Shown here piece by piece: positions 28,421 through 32,000 of a stretch of 32,000 nt of DNA. Each line of letters begins with the position of its first letter. The stretch's first letter is position 1. The DNA comes from Cylindrospermopsis raciborskii Cr2010 (GTDB taxonomy: Bacteria > Cyanobacteriota > Cyanobacteriia > Cyanobacteriales > Nostocaceae). The position numbers and the translations under genes are program-made. The notes under the pieces are model-generated. The model searched no databases. It saw only the letters and a program-made list of their open reading frames with translations, and was not told the DNA's origin. Where the stretch lies: assembly GCF_003367075.2 (NCBI RefSeq), contig NZ_CP065936.1:2700001-2732000 (forward strand). The letters run 5' to 3'.

Positions 28421-29527
28421 ATGAGTGAATACCTGATCTTCTTGGCTATTTCTACCGCTACTTTTTCTTTGTTTGCATTGGGACTTAATTTGCAGTGGGG
28501 TTTTACTGGTCTGATTAGTTTCGGTCACATTGCTTTTATGACTTTAGGTGCCTATACCACTGTTATTTTAAGTCTCAAGGGTATTCCTCTATTTTTATCT
28601 GCTGTTGCTGGAGCAATTGTGGCTGCTTTGTTGGGTCTGGTCATTGGTTTTGCTACTTTACGTCTGAGAGAAGATTATTTGGGCATTGTCACTATTGGTA
28701 CTGGCGAGCTGATTCGGTTAGTTTTTAACAATCAAGATTTACCAGTGGGCGATCGCTGGATATCTGGAGCTTTTGGTATTCAAAGTTATGTGATTCCCCT
28801 AGCAACAACACCTAATTTATTGTTCCGATTACTGATGATTGGGGTGCTTACTTTACTTACAAGTATTACTTTATTTTCTCTGTGGCGCTGGGTAAAAAAT
28901 ACTCGCAAGAATAACCATAGAGCAGAATTTACTTCCCATTTGGTGGTAGCCATAATTTTGGGTTTGTTGTCATTAGCGATTTATATTGCTGGTGTGCTAG
29001 GACTTTACAACTATAATCCCAAAGCAGGGTTAATGTTACTGGTCTTATTAGTTCTAGCTTTTGTATTTTGGCGGTTAGAATTTTTAGTCCAATCTCCTTG
29101 GGGACGTGTTCTTAAAGCAATTCGAGAAGATGAAGAAGTACCTAAAGCTCTGGGTAAAAATGTTTTTTCCTACAAATTACAATCTTTAATCTTAGGTGGT
29201 GCGATCGCTGGAATTGCTGGTGCTTTTTTTGCTTGGCAACTGAGTGCTATTTATCCCGATAACTTTCAACCACAACTGACCTTTGATGCTTGGATTATGG
29301 TAATTTTAGGAGGGTCTGGCAATAATCTGGGGACAATTTTGGGAGCGGTAATTTATTTTGCCTATGATGCTCTAACCAGGGAATTTTTACCCAAAATAGT
29401 TCCTTTAGATGCGGAGCGTATTGGTGCTTTTCGGATTATGTTCATCGGTTTCATTCTTATGAGCTTAATGATTTGGCGACCTCAAGGTATTTTAGGAAAA
29501 AAGGAAGAACTAACTCTAGGAAAATAG
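28421..29527 (+). CDS. Branched-chain/neutral amino acid ABC transporter permease (LivM/NatC-like)
   Basis: This polytopic 368-aa protein has LivM-type motifs (FGHIAFMTLGAYT, TLRLREDYLGIVTIG, REDEEVPKALGKN). Confidence 0.8.
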   Translation: MSEYLIFLAISTATFSLFALGLNLQWGFTGLISFGHIAFMTLGAYTTVILSLKGIPLFLSAVAGAIVAALLGLVIGFATLRLREDYLGIVTIGTGELIRLVFNNQDLPVGDRWISGAFGIQSYVIPLATTPNLLFRLLMIGVLTLLTSITLFSLWRWVKNTRKNNHRAEFTSHLVVAIILGLLSLAIYIAGVLGLYNYNPKAGLMLLVLLVLAFVFWRLEFLVQSPWGRVLKAIREDEEVPKALGKNVFSYKLQSLILGGAIAGIAGAFFAWQLSAIYPDNFQPQLTFDAWIMVILGGSGNNLGTILGAVIYFAYDALTREFLPKIVPLDAERIGAFRIMFIGFILMSLMIWRPQGILGKKEELTLGK

Positions 29528-29550
29528 TTGATTGGTTTCAAATATGAATC

Positions 29551-30258
29551 TCAGCGACCAATAATTAACCATACAACTATAGCTGTTATTAAGGGCACGC
29601 TTAAGTTATCCGTGCCACGGGGAGAAATCCCCTCTAGCAAGGTAGCAAAAGTGGCACTGGTCACAGCAGCAAGCATTGCCCTCCACCCATCTATGGGGGT
29701 TGCTAATGGACTAAATAAAGAACCGGGAATTAGTAGTAATATCAGAAATATCACCATTGTGGTGACAAAAAACATCACAGCTGATCCTTCCCAGGAGCGA
29801 ACGGAGGTTCCTACCTGGTACTTGTGCTGACCAAATTTTTCCCCAATCAATGCTGCTAGTGCATCTCCCCAGGTCATAGACATGACCCCTGCTAGTGCAA
29901 TTGTAACCTGGTCTGTGGGTTCATTGGGTCTCCAGAATAGGGCAAAAAGTATGGTAATGGAAATGGCAAAATATACTGTACCAGGGGAGCTATTTTTTCT
30001 ATCTAGGGAATGAATCAGAGGATATTTATACAATAGGTAATTAACCATTATAAAACTAGCAAAGGGAATAATTCCTATTTGCCAACTGTTGAATAAAATC
30101 AAAATTCCAAATACCCACATACCGGCAGATATGTGAACGATTTTGCGGGTGATACTTTGTTTAATTTTAAATACTCTATGCAGAAATTCACTAATAATTA
30201 ATAGGCTCATAGCATAGCCATAGGAGATTAATAATCCTAGGAGGTTTTGCTTATCCAT
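29551..30258 (-). CDS. Phytol kinase-like / polyprenol kinase family membrane protein, paralogue 2
   Basis: It has the same motif set as 21770-22435: ITRKIVHISAG, MTWGDALAALIGEKFGQHKY, SWEGS and EGISPRGTDNLSVP. Confidence 0.7.
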   Translation of the reverse strand: MDKQNLLGLLISYGYAMSLLIISEFLHRVFKIKQSITRKIVHISAGMWVFGILILFNSWQIGIIPFASFIMVNYLLYKYPLIHSLDRKNSSPGTVYFAISITILFALFWRPNEPTDQVTIALAGVMSMTWGDALAALIGEKFGQHKYQVGTSVRSWEGSAVMFFVTTMVIFLILLLIPGSLFSPLATPIDGWRAMLAAVTSATFATLLEGISPRGTDNLSVPLITAIVVWLIIGR

Positions 30259-30296
30259 ACTTTTAAAAAACTGGTTTTTTTAGTTTTCAGTCATGA

Positions 30297-32000
30297 TTAT
30301 TTTCCGGGTTTATCCCCTAAGTTTACACTACCAAGACCCTGAAGCACACCACGAGCAATTAATCCTAAACCTCTACCAACTATTTTTGTTAAAACAAACA
30401 CTATAACATTACCCACAAAAGATAATAGAGACTGTAACCGAGGTGCGATCGCATCTCTAAACTCCAGTGCTAGTGTTACTACTAGGGGAATACCAGAAAG
30501 GTTAGCTAGTTGCTGGTTACGGGGGGAATAAATAGAAGTTTTAGCAATACCACGAGGTGCAATGACAAACAGTTCATAACGACTTTCAAAAATTGCCTGG
30601 GGTTCACCAAAATGGCGAGTTAACCAGTACTTCCAAGATAGGTTGTTTCTAAATCTTTCAATTTCTCGTGTGGAGATAAAATGACGGTCATAAAAATGTT
30701 GTTTGACAGTTTCCACATCGGCTAAAAGGTTAATTAGGGGTTGCAATACACCATTGGCAATTTGAATCAATAGATTTTCTAAAATCATTAATATTTGATA
30801 ATTGGCTGACTCTGAACCTGGAGAATACAACCTATTATCCACATATAAGTCCGTTTGCCAAATTAGATAGGATAATAATTCTTCAACCAGGGGAATTTTA
30901 TCTAAGATTTCAGTTTCTACTCCCCTAGCATTATCTAATAAAAATCCCACTGTTTCTATGGTACTCTTACCCACATTTACCTGGGGGATTTGACCATAAA
31001 ACTCTCTCACTACTCCCTCCCATAAATCATAAAGTATTTCCTTTTTTAAATTGGATAGTTGGGAAATCTCAAATTGGCAATCTCGGAGTTTATCTAGGCG
31101 TTGAGATAATTTTTGTAATATCAGATAAAGCAGTTCCTTTTTTTTCTCTTCCCGTAAGATATCAATTTCTAATGGCACTTCCCCTATATTGGATAAATGA
31201 GAATGCAGCTTGTCAAGGCAAGACGTAAATATTATTGACTGTAGAGCTTTTTTAGTTTGTAATGGTGAGCTAGCTATTGGTACTGACTCAGATTCACCCC
31301 GATTCCTGGGAACAGGTTGTGGTTCCGATGAACCAAATAACTGATGTACTAACCAACCCGCAGCTAACAGTTCTCTCCTATGTCCAGCTAAAATGACTCG
31401 CTCCAATAATGGGATTCCAGGAATCCTTAGTCTTAGCGTAATCTTGGTCAAATCTCGGGTGATATAACTAATTCCCGATGAGTGGATTTTATGTGTCCAG
31501 CGGGTCAAGGGTGAATCTAGAGATTTACTAGGATTTTTCTCCCACCAATAATAACCACCCTTGGCAATTTCCTCCATAATCCCCACTAATAGGGAAATTG
31601 ATATACCTTTGGGACAATAGCCATTCACACCTAGATTTTTTGCTGTCAAAAGAGTTTCTGAATTGGACACAGCTGTAAGCAATAGAACTGGTATATGGGG
31701 ATATAGAGCTTTCAGTTGTTCACAAAATTGTAACCCTAACTCTGCTTCTTGAGAGTTCCTACCCAATTCTAAAACTATTAGGTTAATTTCTCTGTGGTCT
31801 TTTTTTGGTTCTTGACTATTTTCGTTTTCATCAGTCTGTTCCTGACTAGAAGCAGTGTCACCTAATAACTGTAACGCGGCACTATCATTAGAAACGTCAC
31901 CTACTACTTTAATAGAAGATGAAGCTTCCAAAGCAATTCTTAAACCCAGACGAAAAATAGGATCTGAGTCGATTAATAACGCACCCAGATGTGAGAAAGT
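30297..32000 (-). CDS. Response-regulator receiver domain protein with a large DUF3685-like C-terminal region, 5'-truncated by the window edge
   Basis: The frame stays open upstream of the track's TTG 31931 to base 32000 (..TFSHLGALLIDSDPIFRLGLRIALEASS), which is a typical receiver-domain N-terminus. The receiver core continues through PVLLLTA...GVNGYCPKG, followed by about 400 aa of conserved cyanobacterial domain. Confidence 0.7.
   Translation of the reverse strand, partial: TFSHLGALLIDSDPIFRLGLRIALEASSSIKVVGDVSNDSAALQLLGDTASSQEQTDENENSQEPKKDHREINLIVLELGRNSQEAELGLQFCEQLKALYPHIPVLLLTAVSNSETLLTAKNLGVNGYCPKGISISLLVGIMEEIAKGGYYWWEKNPSKSLDSPLTRWTHKIHSSGISYITRDLTKITLRLRIPGIPLLERVILAGHRRELLAAGWLVHQLFGSSEPQPVPRNRGESESVPIASSPLQTKKALQSIIFTSCLDKLHSHLSNIGEVPLEIDILREEKKKELLYLILQKLSQRLDKLRDCQFEISQLSNLKKEILYDLWEGVVREFYGQIPQVNVGKSTIETVGFLLDNARGVETEILDKIPLVEELLSYLIWQTDLYVDNRLYSPGSESANYQILMILENLLIQIANGVLQPLINLLADVETVKQHFYDRHFISTREIERFRNNLSWKYWLTRHFGEPQAIFESRYELFVIAPRGIAKTSIYSPRNQQLANLSGIPLVVTLALEFRDAIAPRLQSLLSFVGNVIVFVLTKIVGRGLGLIARGVLQGLGSVNLGDKPGK

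Overview
This window looks like a chromosomal segment of a filamentous, Nostocales-like cyanobacterium. It is AT-rich by eye, the HIP1 palindrome GCGATCGC is scattered throughout, and the gene content fits that group. I call about 25 protein genes and one tRNA, mostly housekeeping. In order they are: a 5'-truncated HTH-like protein, ferredoxin-sulfite reductase (sir), an SLH/OprB-type porin, a znuABC zinc-uptake operon behind a promoter with an embedded Fur/Zur-type box, tRNA-Phe(GAA), a ferrochelatase-family paralogue with a natural C-terminal His6, an alpha/beta-hydrolase-like protein plus an MFS exporter, ilvB, ycf36, rsfS, a DUF218/YdcF protein, a small membrane protein, an APH-like kinase/P-loop fusion, L25, purA, two phytol-kinase-like (VTE5-type) paralogues, an HlyD adaptor plus C39-peptidase ABC exporter, pgi, a LivM-type permease and a 5'-truncated receiver/DUF3685-like protein. 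The one clearly non-ordinary stretch is a ~2.8 kb coding-free mosaic of nested short repeats (about 7791-10602) between znuB and tRNA-Phe. It contains a ~540 bp repeat at roughly 90% identity, a 452-bp-period tandem duplication whose shared part is apparently identical, and five copies of a conserved hairpin. I see no cas genes, integrase or transposase, toxin-antitoxin pair, defence island or biosynthetic cluster. The novelty candidates are therefore modest: the repeat mosaic, the His-tagged ferrochelatase paralogue with palindromes in its divergent promoter, unusual C-terminal extensions on Sir (RHH-like) and IlvB (zinc-ribbon-like), and an exporter pair with no adjacent cargo gene. All functional calls rest on motifs read from the translations; no database search was run.
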